A DNA stretch of 64,000 bases from positions 608,001 through 672,000 of the forward strand of contig JBGARZ010000003.1 of the NCBI GenBank assembly GCA_044229975.1. Reading direction: 5' to 3'. This DNA is from Polyangiales bacterium. Lineage in GTDB: Bacteria > Myxococcota_A > Polyangia > Polyangiales > Ga0077539. This document shows, piece by piece, positions 1 to 10,397 of this stretch. Every line of letters starts with the position of its first letter. The stretch's first letter is position 1. The notes beneath the pieces were generated by a model. It did no database searches, was not told the DNA's origin, and saw only the letters and a program-made list of their open reading frames with translations. The position numbers and the translations under genes are program-made.

Positions 1-2
1 GG

Positions 3-1115
3 CCCTTCCTGGACGACCCGAAGGTGTCGGAGATCATGATCAACGGACCGGATCAGATCTTCATCGAGAAGGCGGGCAAGCTCACCCTGACGGAGGCGCG
101 CTTCCCCAGCATGGAGGCCCTCAACGCCTGTCTCCGTAACATCGCCCAGTACGTCGGGAAGATGGTCAACGAGGACAACCCCATCCTCGAAGCGCGACTG
201 CCCGACGGCTCCCGCATCGAGGCCGTGATCCCGCCCGCCGCGCCCGACGGCCCCGACGTCTCCATACGCCGCTTCTTCAAGGAGACGCTCACCGTCCAGC
301 GCCTCGTCGACTTCGGGTCGCTCACCGCCGAGGCCGCCCAGGTGCTCGAGTGCCTCGTCGTCATGAAGCAGAACGTCGTCGTCGCCGGCGGAACCGGCTC
401 CGGCAAGACGTCCATGCTCAACGCGCTGAGCTCGTTCATCCCCGACGGGGAGCGCATCGTCATCATCGAGGACAGCCGCGAGGTGCAGCTCCAGCGGCAG
501 CACGTCGTTCAGCTCGAAGCGCGACCGGGCGACGCCAAGGGGAAAGGGCGCGTCACCATCCGCGACCTCTTCCGCGCGACGCTGCGTATGCGACCCGACC
601 GCATCGTGGTGGGCGAGATTCGCGGCGGCGAGGCGCTCGACCTCGTGCAGGCGATGACCTCGGGTCACGGCGGCTGCATCACCACCGTGCACGCGACCTA
701 TCCGCACGACACACTGACCCGGTTGGAGACCATGTCCCTCATGAGCGACGTCGAGCTCCCGCTGTCCGCGCTCCGCGTGCAGCTCGGGAGCGCCATCAAC
801 CTCGTGGTGCAGACCTCCCGACTCCAAGACGGCAGCCGCAAGGTGACGCACGTCTCCGAGGTTCGCGGGTACAGCCAGGACAAGGGCTTCCAGATCGTCG
901 ACCTCTTCGTGCGGCGCTTTCACGGCCGCGACGAGGGGGGCAACCTCATCAGCAGCTTCGACCCCACGGGCGAGCTTCCGCTCTGCACGGACATGGTCCA
1001 CTCGTACGGCATGGCGTTTCCCGAGGCGGTGTACGAGGCGGCCCGCATCCGCGCCGAGCAGGGCCCCGACGACGCACCCACCGACTACGGGCAGGTCGGA
1101 GGCCATCACGGATGA
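3..1115 (+). CDS. cpaF: CpaF/TadA-family Flp pilus assembly ATPase (5' end truncated by window edge)
   Basis: Walker A GGTGSGKT, IEDSREV Asp box, LRMRPDRIVVGEIRG, MTSGH; frame is open from position 3 (PFLDDPKVSEIMING). Confidence 0.92.
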   Translation, partial: PFLDDPKVSEIMINGPDQIFIEKAGKLTLTEARFPSMEALNACLRNIAQYVGKMVNEDNPILEARLPDGSRIEAVIPPAAPDGPDVSIRRFFKETLTVQRLVDFGSLTAEAAQVLECLVVMKQNVVVAGGTGSGKTSMLNALSSFIPDGERIVIIEDSREVQLQRQHVVQLEARPGDAKGKGRVTIRDLFRATLRMRPDRIVVGEIRGGEALDLVQAMTSGHGGCITTVHATYPHDTLTRLETMSLMSDVELPLSALRVQLGSAINLVVQTSRLQDGSRKVTHVSEVRGYSQDKGFQIVDLFVRRFHGRDEGGNLISSFDPTGELPLCTDMVHSYGMAFPEAVYEAARIRAEQGPDDAPTDYGQVGGHHG

Positions 1116-2641
1116 CCCACGGCGCGCACAACAACAGCAACGTCGTGACGCTCTCGCTCTCGCAGGGAGAGAGCGCCAACCCGACGGCGACGTTCACGCA
1201 GGCGATGGCCGCGCGGCAGGTCATCCTGGGGTCGGGTCCGTCGGCGCATTGGAAGGTGCGCGGGCACGGCGTCGAGGCGGCCCACCTGGAGCTGTACTGG
1301 GACGGTCGGCTGCTCTGGGTGCGTGACGCCGGGAGCCTCTCGGGAGTGTACGTCGGCGTCGATCGCGCCGAGGACTGGCAGCAGATCTTCGACGGCACCG
1401 AGGTGTACTTCGGGCAGGCCGTGATCCGCGCGACGGTGATGGGGCCCGACGCGCGCGAGAAGGCCGCGACGGGGCCGATCAACCCGAAGGCCGCGGCGTT
1501 CATCGATGAAGAAGAGAGCACGATGGTGTTCTCCAGCGAGGGCATCGCGGCGGCGCTCGGGTCGTCGTATCCGCCGCCGGCGATGTCGGCCGGACCGATG
1601 CCGACGCCGCCGCAACAACGCGCGGCGACGGGGCAGCTTCCGTCGCTTCCGGGGCGCCCTGCGACGATGGCTCCGACACCTGCGCCCGCGCCCGCACCGA
1701 TGCGCACGCAAGGCTTCACGCCCGACCTGGGACTGCCGCCTGCGAGCTCGGAGGCGACGGTCATCCGCGCGTCGCCGTACGCCGCGATGGAGGCCGCCGG
1801 GCTGCTCAACACCACCCAGGCCGCACCGCTCACGCCGCTCGCGGGCATGCGCAGCAGTCAGGCGCCCGTGGTGCAGCCCGCGGTCAACCTCCACGCCGCG
1901 CCCCGGCCCGGAACCATGGCCCCACCGATGGCCCAGAACATGGGCCAGGGCATCGGGCCGAACATGGCCATGGGCGGCTTCGTCCCGGGAGCGTTTGGTC
2001 CGTTGGTGGGACCCTCGCCGACGTCGTCGCCACCGCCCTCGACGGGCGTCGGTCCGTCGCCGTCCAACGGCTTCGACGATCCCTTCGGCCCGATGGAACT
2101 CCCTCCCCCGCCCCCCGCTGGCGCCAAGAAGGACGGCGGCACGCCGGGGCCCGGCGGACTGCCCGTACGAACGTGGCTGCTCGCCGCGCTCACGCTGGGT
2201 GTGGCCGCGCTCGGGATGACCTTCGACAACGCGCCGCGCCCCAACCAGGGAGGCAATGCGCGTCGGATGGTGAGACAGGTCGTTCGCACGACGGCCGCCC
2301 CGGCGCCGCTGAGCAACAACCTCCTCGGGTTGCCCATCGGGGCCAACCAGCTCCTTGGGGTCATCGTCCCGGCCCCCATCGTCGCGCCGCCAGGGCCCGA
2401 CGGTCGCCCGCGCTTCCCACCGGCCAACCCGCAAGACCCGATCAAGCTCGCCTCGGACATGATCGCCGCCCACCGCTACGCCGAGGCCGCCGCGCTCTAC
2501 GAGGCCCTCGCCGCGCAGCACCGCGAGGCACCGCTCTTCCGTCACTTCGCGTTGGTGCTCCGCGCCCGCGCCGCCCAACCCACCTGCACCCCAGGAGCCG
2601 CCGGATGCACCCCCGTCGCCGCGCCCCCCACCTCGCCCTGA
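1112..2641 (+). CDS. FHA-domain protein with Pro-rich linker, TM segment and C-terminal TPR-like helix
   Basis: ATGA overlap with the cpaF stop; FHA-like VILGS...GVEAAHLEL...VRDAGSLSGVYV...FGQAVI; hydrophobic WLLAALTLGVAALGM. Confidence 0.75.
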   Translation: MTHGAHNNSNVVTLSLSQGESANPTATFTQAMAARQVILGSGPSAHWKVRGHGVEAAHLELYWDGRLLWVRDAGSLSGVYVGVDRAEDWQQIFDGTEVYFGQAVIRATVMGPDAREKAATGPINPKAAAFIDEEESTMVFSSEGIAAALGSSYPPPAMSAGPMPTPPQQRAATGQLPSLPGRPATMAPTPAPAPAPMRTQGFTPDLGLPPASSEATVIRASPYAAMEAAGLLNTTQAAPLTPLAGMRSSQAPVVQPAVNLHAAPRPGTMAPPMAQNMGQGIGPNMAMGGFVPGAFGPLVGPSPTSSPPPSTGVGPSPSNGFDDPFGPMELPPPPPAGAKKDGGTPGPGGLPVRTWLLAALTLGVAALGMTFDNAPRPNQGGNARRMVRQVVRTTAAPAPLSNNLLGLPIGANQLLGVIVPAPIVAPPGPDGRPRFPPANPQDPIKLASDMIAAHRYAEAAALYEALAAQHREAPLFRHFALVLRARAAQPTCTPGAAGCTPVAAPPTSP

Positions 2642-3306
2642 GCCTCCTGGGCTTCGCGCTCGGCTGCGGCAACGTCGCGCCGCCGCCGCTCTATCCCATC
2701 ACCCTGCGCGTGGTCTCCGACGACCACCCGCTCCCTGGCGCGGCCATCGTCATCAACGGGCGCGAGCTCGGTGCGACCGATGCGCAGGGGCGCTTCCGCA
2801 TGGAGACCGTCGGCGTGGAGGGCACCGCCGTCGAGGTGACCGTGCGGTGCCCCAACGGGTTTCGCTCACCCGCGCAGCCGCTCGCCGTGGTGCTGCGCTC
2901 GATCCGGCAACTCGACCAGACGCAGCGGGGACAGGGCATCGAGACCACCGCGCAGTGCCCGCCCACGCAGCGCATCGCCGCGGTGGTGGTGCGAAGCCGC
3001 CCCAACCTGCCCGTCATCTACGAGAACCGCGAGATCACCCGCACCGACCTCCAGGGCGTGGCGCACATGATCTTCCGCGTCAGTGCCAACGACACGCTGC
3101 GGCTGCGGCTCAACACCAACGAGCAGCCCTTCCTGCGGCCCGCCAACCCCGAGCTCGTGGTGCACACCAACGACACCGACAATGTCTATGTGAGCGCGCA
3201 GAACTTCGAAGAAGCCGCCGCCCCACGCGCCCCGCGGGTGCACGTGGCGCCGCGCATCGGCCCGACGCGCATCGTCCCGCAGCGACGGCCGGGCGGGTTC
3301 TTCTAG
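2605..3306 (+). CDS. Lipoprotein with carboxypeptidase-regulatory/PEGA-like beta domains
   Basis: Lipobox FALGC; PLPGAAIVING...GATDAQGRF and a second TDLQGVA motif; start chosen at ATG 2605. Confidence 0.65.
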   Translation: MHPRRRAPHLALSLLGFALGCGNVAPPPLYPITLRVVSDDHPLPGAAIVINGRELGATDAQGRFRMETVGVEGTAVEVTVRCPNGFRSPAQPLAVVLRSIRQLDQTQRGQGIETTAQCPPTQRIAAVVVRSRPNLPVIYENREITRTDLQGVAHMIFRVSANDTLRLRLNTNEQPFLRPANPELVVHTNDTDNVYVSAQNFEEAAAPRAPRVHVAPRIGPTRIVPQRRPGGFF

Positions 3307-3410
3307 GACAGGTTACGTCCGGGCAGGGACTGGCCATCGGTTCAGTGCTGGGGTAGTTGTGGTCGAGAGAGACCGCAGCGGGCAATCGCCCCCCAACAGG
3401 AGAACCGGAG

Positions 3411-4106
3411 ATGAAGCCAAACACCTCACGCAGCCAGTACCGCGGACAGATGTCAGCGGAGGACGTCGACGGAAAGGTCAGCCGCCTGCGCGAGCGCCTC
3501 GGGTTGGAAGACGTGACCTTCACCGAGGGCACGGGGCTCGACGTGGGCAGCGTGAGCCTGCGGTTCGTGGTGCTCGGTCGTCGGGTCGAGCGCACCTGCG
3601 CCACGCAGGCGACGCCGGCGGCCAACACCGCCTGCCTCGCGCTCTGGCTCGAAGACCGCGCCCGCAACCTTGAGCGCGGCATCGAGTCGTTCGAGGAGGC
3701 CTTCGCCGACTGCCTCGTGCTCGCGGCCAACGACAACACCGACGCCGCCAAGGGCGCCTGGCGGGTCAACCACTACGAAGGGCAGCGGAGCATCGAGGAC
3801 TGCATCGAGGTGTTTCGATCGAGCCTCGCGCGGCTGTCGGTGGCCGAGCGCGACGTGAAGGTGACCTGGGATACGGCGGCCAACTGGGCGCGCCTGCGCA
3901 TGCGGCTCCCGTCCGGCGCCATCGTCGACAAGACCTCGCGCACCCAGAAGACCTGCGAAGGCAACCTCGCGGCGCTCGCGTTGTGGTTGCAGTCGCGCGC
4001 CCGCAACTGGGAGCGCGGCATCGAGAGCCTCGACCTCGATCGGGTGTTCGCGGGCAACCTGCTCCCGGCACCGGCACCGGCGGCAGCAACGGCCAAGGTC
4101 GCCTGA
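3411..4106 (+). CDS. Hypothetical protein made of two tandem copies of one ~100-aa domain
   Basis: Internal repeat LALWLEDRARNLERGIES / LALWLQSRARNWERGIES; AGGAG and GGAG upstream of ATG 3411. Confidence 0.75.
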   Translation: MKPNTSRSQYRGQMSAEDVDGKVSRLRERLGLEDVTFTEGTGLDVGSVSLRFVVLGRRVERTCATQATPAANTACLALWLEDRARNLERGIESFEEAFADCLVLAANDNTDAAKGAWRVNHYEGQRSIEDCIEVFRSSLARLSVAERDVKVTWDTAANWARLRMRLPSGAIVDKTSRTQKTCEGNLAALALWLQSRARNWERGIESLDLDRVFAGNLLPAPAPAAATAKVA

Positions 4107-4132
4107 GACGACGGCGGAGAGGGGCGTAGGCG

Positions 4133-5155
4133 ATGGTCAGGAAGGTGTCGTTCGTGGTGCGGCCCAACCCGGCGCTGGGTGCGCTACTGGCCTTCGCGCG
4201 CGCCTCGCGCGGCCGATCCGTCGGGCTCGGCGAGCGGCTGGAGCGTGAGGTGCGTCTCGCCCTCGATGGCGCCTCGCGAACGCTCGAAGCACCCATCGCG
4301 CTGCTCCGCTGGCTCGCTCGTGGCGGGTCGGCGAAGACCACGGGGTACGTCGACGCGAGCGGCCTCTCGACCGAGGTCGCGGTGACCTTCGACCTGCGCT
4401 CGGCGGTCGTCGCCGCGCTCGCCCAACACCCGCGCGTCGACGGCCGCGCCTGCGCCGATCTCTACGCCCTGCGCTCGCTCCTGCGCGCGCTGCGGAAGTG
4501 CGAGCTGCTCTCGCTCGATGACGTGGCGCTCGGACGTCAGGCCGACAGCGCACGCTCGCTCCTGCGCGTGGTCGAGGCGGCCTGCCGTGAGACCGCCCTC
4601 GCGGATGAAGCGGCCGTGCCGAGAGCCTTCGCGCGACCCGTCGCCCCGACGTCGACTCCGATGGTCGATGAGGTCCCGACGAAGGAGACCAGGACCCGCG
4701 CGAAGAAGCCGCCCGAGGCGGCGAAGGCCGCGTCGTTCTTCGGGGGGCTGCCCGACGACGCGACGTCGGCGCCGCCAGTGGTGGAGGTTCCTCGCAGCGA
4801 GCGCGGGCTCACGCTCGATGGGGAGTTCTTTCTGAGCGTTGCGGGGGTGGCGGTGTGGCCCTGCGCGCCGAACGCGCTGTCTCGCGCGCGCAAGGCCGTG
4901 TTGATGAAGCTGCACCCCGACCGCGCAGGTGACGGCGCCGAGGCCGACTTCGGGCGTGCGCTGCGAGGCTACGAAGATCTGGTCACGGTGCTCGCCGCAC
5001 TGCCACCGCCACCGCCGAAGGTGCGCGTTGCGACGCCGACCGTGACCGTCGCGCCGACGACCGTGAGCTCGCCCATCGGGCAGTGGCCGCCACCGCCGAG
5101 CGCGACCACCGAGGTCGTCTCGCGTCAGTCCTTCAAGAGGTCGTCGAAGGCCTGA
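4133..5155 (+). CDS. Protein with C-terminal J-domain (DnaJ-like, HPD motif)
   Basis: WPCAPNALSRARKAVLMKLHPDRAG...DFGRALRGYEDL matches J-domain helix II-HPD-helix III. Confidence 0.65.
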   Translation: MVRKVSFVVRPNPALGALLAFARASRGRSVGLGERLEREVRLALDGASRTLEAPIALLRWLARGGSAKTTGYVDASGLSTEVAVTFDLRSAVVAALAQHPRVDGRACADLYALRSLLRALRKCELLSLDDVALGRQADSARSLLRVVEAACRETALADEAAVPRAFARPVAPTSTPMVDEVPTKETRTRAKKPPEAAKAASFFGGLPDDATSAPPVVEVPRSERGLTLDGEFFLSVAGVAVWPCAPNALSRARKAVLMKLHPDRAGDGAEADFGRALRGYEDLVTVLAALPPPPPKVRVATPTVTVAPTTVSSPIGQWPPPPSATTEVVSRQSFKRSSKA

Positions 5156-7629
5156 TCGACCTCCTCGGCCCCGGGCGCCATCGAGACGTTGGAGCGCATC
5201 GGCCCCGAGGCCCCGTGCTGCTGGATGGACTGCACGCGCAGCCGCACGTTGCGGAAGGTCGGGTCGTGCTTCTCCACCTTCTGGAGGTAGTAGAGCGCCT
5301 CGCCGATGTCCCCGAGCAGCTCGTAGGCGTTGCCGATCTCGAAGTAGAGACCGAGCTCTTCGTGCTCGGTGCGCTGCGGCGCCTGGAGCCCCGCGCGGAA
5401 GTGCTCGATGGCCATCGCAGGGTCGCCCTTCTCGACGTGGCAGATGCCCAGCATGAGCTCGCCGATGCACCGCCGCGCGGGAGACGCCGTCGCCACGCGA
5501 AACTCCGCGATGGCGTCGTCGAGCAGGCCCATCTCCTTGTAGGCGATGCCGAGGTCGTAGTGGGTGTCGCAGTCCTCCAGCGACAGCGAGGACGGATCAC
5601 CCGCGCTCGCCGCGTCGAAGACGGCGTGCATCTCGGCCACGGACTCTTGCGGGAGGTTGTCCGACCAGAGCGGGTCGGCCAGCGCCTCGATCTCGTCGGC
5701 GAAGGGCGCCGCCTCCTCCACGTCGTTGCCGCCGTTGGTGCCCTCCTGCGCCTGGAGGATCTGCTCGATCTCCGACCAGCGATCCATCACCAGGGGGTGG
5801 TTGGGGTGCGCTTCGAGGAGCTGGAGCAGGATGTCGCGCGCGTCGTCGTAGAGCCCCTGGGTGACGAAGAACTCCGCCTCGTCGAGGCCGTCTTCGATCT
5901 CGCGGCGTGGCGGAAACCCGTCCTCGCCGTTGGGCAGCGGCTCCATCGCGCCGTCGTCCTCGGGCGCGCCGATGTTGTCGGGGAGGTACTCGCGGAAGTG
6001 CTCCGAGCTCGCGTAGACCTCGGCCTCGGGCGGGTCGACGAGCGCGACGACGGAGTTCTCTTCGATCTCGGGCGCCATCGGGTCGTCGCCGGAAAAGAGC
6101 GAGAGGAGCTGCCGAGCGAGCGCGTTGGTCGGGTCGATCTCCAAGGCGCGACGAACCATCGCCTCGGCCTCGGCGGGGTCGGACTCTTGAAGGATGCCCG
6201 CGAGCTGGAGGCACTCCTGGAGTACGCCAGCGGGGTCGTTCATCGCGGCGTAGAGGTCGCGAATGCGGACGTGGAGTTCGGCCGTGACCGGGTCGAGTCG
6301 CGAGGCGCGACCGAGGTGGTCGGTGACCTTCGAGCGCAGCCCGTACTTGAGGAAGATCTCGGCCTCGTTGACGAGGCGCACGGCCTCGGCGCCGGGGCTG
6401 CGATCGACCGGCGTGAGGGACGTCGGCGGGGGCGGCGCGACGGGCGACGCGAAGGGACGCGCGACGGGCGCAGCAGCGACGGGCGCACGCAGGCGTGACC
6501 GCGCGGCGTCGTTGGCCTCGGGCGGGAGGTGCACCCCCGAGGTCGCCTCGGGCGCCGGCGGGACGGTCGGCTTCAGCTCGAAGTTGGCCGACTCGTCCTC
6601 GACCACGAGCAGCTCGGCGTCGACCTCATCGGGCTCCTCCGAGGGCGGGTGCGAGCGCGAGGCGCTCACGGGCGGCGCGCTCTCGGACTTCTTCGGCGGC
6701 GGCGGCGACGAGGTGCGACGACCCGCGGCCCGGCCACCCACGCGCAGCGCGTCGCGGGCTTCCTGATCGGTCGGCGCCAGCTCCAGCACCCGCTGGTAGA
6801 CGTCGTTGCGCTCGCGCGCCCGGCCCGCGTCGCCGTGCAGTCGCGCGACCTCCTTCAACACCGACAAGGTCTTCTGGATCTGACCGAGGCCGCGGAAGGC
6901 GCCGGCCAGGAGTTCCAGCGTTTGAACGTCCTTGGCGTTGGCCTTGTAGGCCACCTGGAGCTTCGGAAGGGCGCGTCGTGCGTCGTCGCGTTCGAGGTAG
7001 TAGCCCGCGAGCCGCAGCGCCGTCTGCACGTCGTCCGGGCGATGGAAGAACAACCGCTCGGCGACCTTGGACCACTCGTCCACGCGACCGGCCTTGTCGA
7101 GCAGCGAGGCGCCCGCCTCGAACTCCTTGGCCGCCTCGTCCCCGCGCCCGCTGCGGCTGAGCAGCTCGGCGAGGCGGATGCGCGTACCGACGGAGCCCGG
7201 GTCGACGCTCAGCATCTTGCGGTAGACGTCCGAGAGCCCCGTCTCGTCGCCCACCTTCGCGTAGCGCTGCGCCAGGAGCTCAAGACTCTGGAGCGCGTCC
7301 GACGAGAGCCCGAGCTTCATGTAGAGCTCGCTCAAGCGACCGTAGAGGTCGATGCGCGTCGGGTCGATCTGGAGGATCTGCTTGTAGACCGCGACGCCCT
7401 TCAGGAAGAAGCCCTGCTGGTCGTAGGCCTGCGCGACCTTGGTGTACGTCTCGACGGCGGCGGCCTTGGCGCTCATCCGCACCTGGAGGTCGCCGACCTT
7501 CAGGAGGATGCGAACGTCCGACGGGTCTTCGCGGAGTACGCGCTGGTACTCGATCACGGCCTTGTCGAACTGGTTCTTGGCCGTGAACTTCTGCGCTGCG
7601 TCGATGACCTTCTGTCGATCGATGCTCAC
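5125..7629 (-). CDS. sgmX: SgmX-like TPR protein (type IV pilus/social motility regulator)
   Basis: N-terminal TPRs (KVIDAAQKF...GFFLKGVAVYKQIL), EAEIFLKYGL, C-terminal DTHYDLGIAYKEMGLLDDAIAEF; synteny with accC/accB/mglC as in myxobacteria. Confidence 0.8.
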   Translation of the reverse strand: MSIDRQKVIDAAQKFTAKNQFDKAVIEYQRVLREDPSDVRILLKVGDLQVRMSAKAAAVETYTKVAQAYDQQGFFLKGVAVYKQILQIDPTRIDLYGRLSELYMKLGLSSDALQSLELLAQRYAKVGDETGLSDVYRKMLSVDPGSVGTRIRLAELLSRSGRGDEAAKEFEAGASLLDKAGRVDEWSKVAERLFFHRPDDVQTALRLAGYYLERDDARRALPKLQVAYKANAKDVQTLELLAGAFRGLGQIQKTLSVLKEVARLHGDAGRARERNDVYQRVLELAPTDQEARDALRVGGRAAGRRTSSPPPPKKSESAPPVSASRSHPPSEEPDEVDAELLVVEDESANFELKPTVPPAPEATSGVHLPPEANDAARSRLRAPVAAAPVARPFASPVAPPPPTSLTPVDRSPGAEAVRLVNEAEIFLKYGLRSKVTDHLGRASRLDPVTAELHVRIRDLYAAMNDPAGVLQECLQLAGILQESDPAEAEAMVRRALEIDPTNALARQLLSLFSGDDPMAPEIEENSVVALVDPPEAEVYASSEHFREYLPDNIGAPEDDGAMEPLPNGEDGFPPRREIEDGLDEAEFFVTQGLYDDARDILLQLLEAHPNHPLVMDRWSEIEQILQAQEGTNGGNDVEEAAPFADEIEALADPLWSDNLPQESVAEMHAVFDAASAGDPSSLSLEDCDTHYDLGIAYKEMGLLDDAIAEFRVATASPARRCIGELMLGICHVEKGDPAMAIEHFRAGLQAPQRTEHEELGLYFEIGNAYELLGDIGEALYYLQKVEKHDPTFRNVRLRVQSIQQHGASGPMRSNVSMAPGAEEVDQAFDDLLKD

Positions 7630-7725
7630 GGTAGGTAACGACCTTGATGAAGACAGCGGGTGGGTGCGGCCAAAGCGTCTTCCTTACTTTCTAGGCTAGA
7701 AGGCCGCGCACGGCAGCGTCAAGAA

Positions 7726-9066
7726 TCACCCGCGCAGCACGTGCTCTTCGAGGAACCGTGTGCTCATCGGGCCCACAGTGAAGGCAGGGTGGTCGAGGAT
7801 CTTGCGGTGCAGCGGGATGTTGGTTCGCACCCCCTCGACGATGAACTCGTCGAGCGCGCGGCGCATGCGGGCGATGGCCTGCGGGCGCGTCGCAGCGTGG
7901 ACGATCACCTTGGCCAGCAGCGAGTCGTAGTAGGGCGACACCGTGCAGCCGCCGTACACCCCGCCGTCGACGCGAACCCCCGTCCCGCCGGGCGGGTGGT
8001 ACTCGGTGATGCGACCCGGCGATGGCGCGAAGGTGACCGGGTCTTCGGCGTTGACCCGGCACTCGATGGCGTGACCACGCGGCGCGAGCGCTTTTACGGG
8101 AACGGTAAGCCGACCACCCCCCGCGATGAGGATCTGCTCGGCCACGAGGTCGAGCCCGCTCGTCATCTCGGTGACGGGGTGCTCGACCTGCACGCGGGTG
8201 TTCATCTCCAGGAAGTACCCGCTGCCCTGCTCATCGACGATGAACTCCAGCGTCCCGAGCGAGCGGTAGCCCGTCGCGCGCAGCGCCTCGATGGCGCCGT
8301 CGAGCAGCCCGCCCTGGCGCTCTTCGGAGAGCAACCCCGGCGACGACTCCTCCAGCACCTTCTGGTGCCGCCGCTGGATGCTGCACTCGCGCTCGCCCAC
8401 GCACGACACGTGGCCGTGGTGGTCGGCGATGATCTGGAGCTCGATGTGCCGCGGGCGCTCGATGAAGCGCTCCAGGAAGAGCTCGGGGTTGCCGAAGCCC
8501 GCCATCGCCTCGGCCCGCGCGCTGTCGAACGCGCGCTTGAGCGCCTCTTCGTCGCGCACCACCTTGAGCCCGCGACCGCCGCCACCACCGCTCGCCTTGA
8601 GCATGAGCGGGAAGCCGATCTCGCGCGCCGCGGCGAGGGCGGCGGCGAGGTCGGGGAGCGTGTCGGTCCCGGGCAGGAGCGGGATGCCGAAGCGTCGGGC
8701 CTGGGTGCGCGCCGAGACCTTGTCGCCCCACGCCCGCATGGCCTCCGGGGTCGGGCCGATGAAGGTGATCTGGCAGCGGCGGCACACCTCGGCGAAGGCC
8801 GCGCTCTCGGAGAGGAAGCCGTAGCCGGGGTGGATGGCATCGGCGCCGGTGATCTCCGCCGCGGCGATGAGCGCGGGGATGTGCAGGTACGAGCGGCTCG
8901 CGGCGGGCGGACCGATGCACACGGCCTCGTCGGCGAGGCGCACGTGCAGCGCGTCGACGTCGCACTGCGAGTGCACGGCCACGGTGCGGAGACCGAGCTC
9001 CTTGCACGCGCGGATGACGCGCACGGCGATCTCGCCGCGGTTGGCGATCAGTACCTTGCGAAACAC
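7726..9066 (-). CDS. accC: Acetyl-CoA carboxylase biotin carboxylase
   Basis: KVLIANRGEIA, IHPGYGFLSE, GGGGRG, ERECSIQRRHQK, EMNTRVQVEH; GTG start at 9066. Confidence 0.97.
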   Translation of the reverse strand: MFRKVLIANRGEIAVRVIRACKELGLRTVAVHSQCDVDALHVRLADEAVCIGPPAASRSYLHIPALIAAAEITGADAIHPGYGFLSESAAFAEVCRRCQITFIGPTPEAMRAWGDKVSARTQARRFGIPLLPGTDTLPDLAAALAAAREIGFPLMLKASGGGGGRGLKVVRDEEALKRAFDSARAEAMAGFGNPELFLERFIERPRHIELQIIADHHGHVSCVGERECSIQRRHQKVLEESSPGLLSEERQGGLLDGAIEALRATGYRSLGTLEFIVDEQGSGYFLEMNTRVQVEHPVTEMTSGLDLVAEQILIAGGGRLTVPVKALAPRGHAIECRVNAEDPVTFAPSPGRITEYHPPGGTGVRVDGGVYGGCTVSPYYDSLLAKVIVHAATRPQAIARMRRALDEFIVEGVRTNIPLHRKILDHPAFTVGPMSTRFLEEHVLRG

Positions 9067-9067
9067 G

Positions 9068-9546
<479 letters not shown>

Positions 9547-9550
<4 letters not shown>

Positions 9551-10008
9551 GGGGTGGTCCGCTGGTCGAGGTGGGCGATGAGGCCGCGCAGCGCGAGGGT
9601 GTAGCTGTCGGCGCCGAAGCCCGACACCGCGCCGATGCAGGCGGCCCCGACGCGAGAGCGCCGTCGAAAGGGCTCGCGTGCGGCGAGGTTGGTGAGGTGG
9701 CACTCCACCGTCGGGAGCGCGCAGGCCCGCACGGCGTCGAGGAGGGACACGCTCGTATGGGTGAGCCCGCCGGCGTTGAGCACCACGCCGTCGACCACTC
9801 CGCGCGCGGCGTGGAGGCGGTCGATGAGGGCGCCCTCGTGGTTGGACTGGAAGCACTCCACCGCGGCGCCGAGCGCGGCCCCCTCGCGGGTGAGCGCGGC
9901 GTCGACGTCGGCGAGCGTGGCGCGGCCGTAGAGGTCGGGCTCGCGGGTTCCGAGGAGGTTGAGGTTGGGTCCGTGCAGGACGAGCACGCTCCAGCGCGGC
10001 GCTGGCAT
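9547..10008 (-). CDS. aroQ: Type II 3-dehydroquinate dehydratase
   Basis: LHGPNLNLLGTREPDLYG, QSNHEG, NAGGLTHTS, ECHLTN. Confidence 0.96.
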
Positions 10009-10016
10009 CGGGTGTC

Positions 10017-10376
10017 TCAGCTCAGCGCGGCGACGAACTTCGGCGCGGCGATGCGAAGCAGGAAGCGCCCCTTGCCGAGGTTGCCGTCGGGCGCGAGCGC
10101 GAGCGCCACGAAGTAGTCTCCATTGAGCATGCGGACCACCGTGGTGAGCTTCTCGGCCTGGATGGCCACCTCGCGCGCGCCGCCCGCTTCGAGCTGCTCG
10201 GCCGCGCGGCGGATGTCCTTCAGCACCATCGAGAGCTCCATGCCCACGGTGGTGATGTCGAGCTCCGCGTCTTCTCGCGCCCAGCTGTCGACGGGGATAC
10301 CGTCGAACCCCATGAGCAGCCCGGCGATTCCGCCTTCGGTTCCCTCGACGATTTCCCGCAGGGTCTCATTGAACAT
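10017..10376 (-). CDS. mglC: Roadblock/LC7 protein, MglC-like
   Basis: LLMGFDGIPVD and GNLGKGRFLLR; upstream of accB-accC-sgmX as for myxobacterial mglC. Confidence 0.78.
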   Translation of the reverse strand: MFNETLREIVEGTEGGIAGLLMGFDGIPVDSWAREDAELDITTVGMELSMVLKDIRRAAEQLEAGGAREVAIQAEKLTTVVRMLNGDYFVALALAPDGNLGKGRFLLRIAAPKFVAALS

Positions 10377-10397
10377 CGCATCAGCCTCGCGTTTCCG

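Noticed and set aside
3331..3350. Sigma-54 promoter (TGGC...TGC)
   Set aside because: GG-to-GC spacing is 13 nt rather than the required 10.
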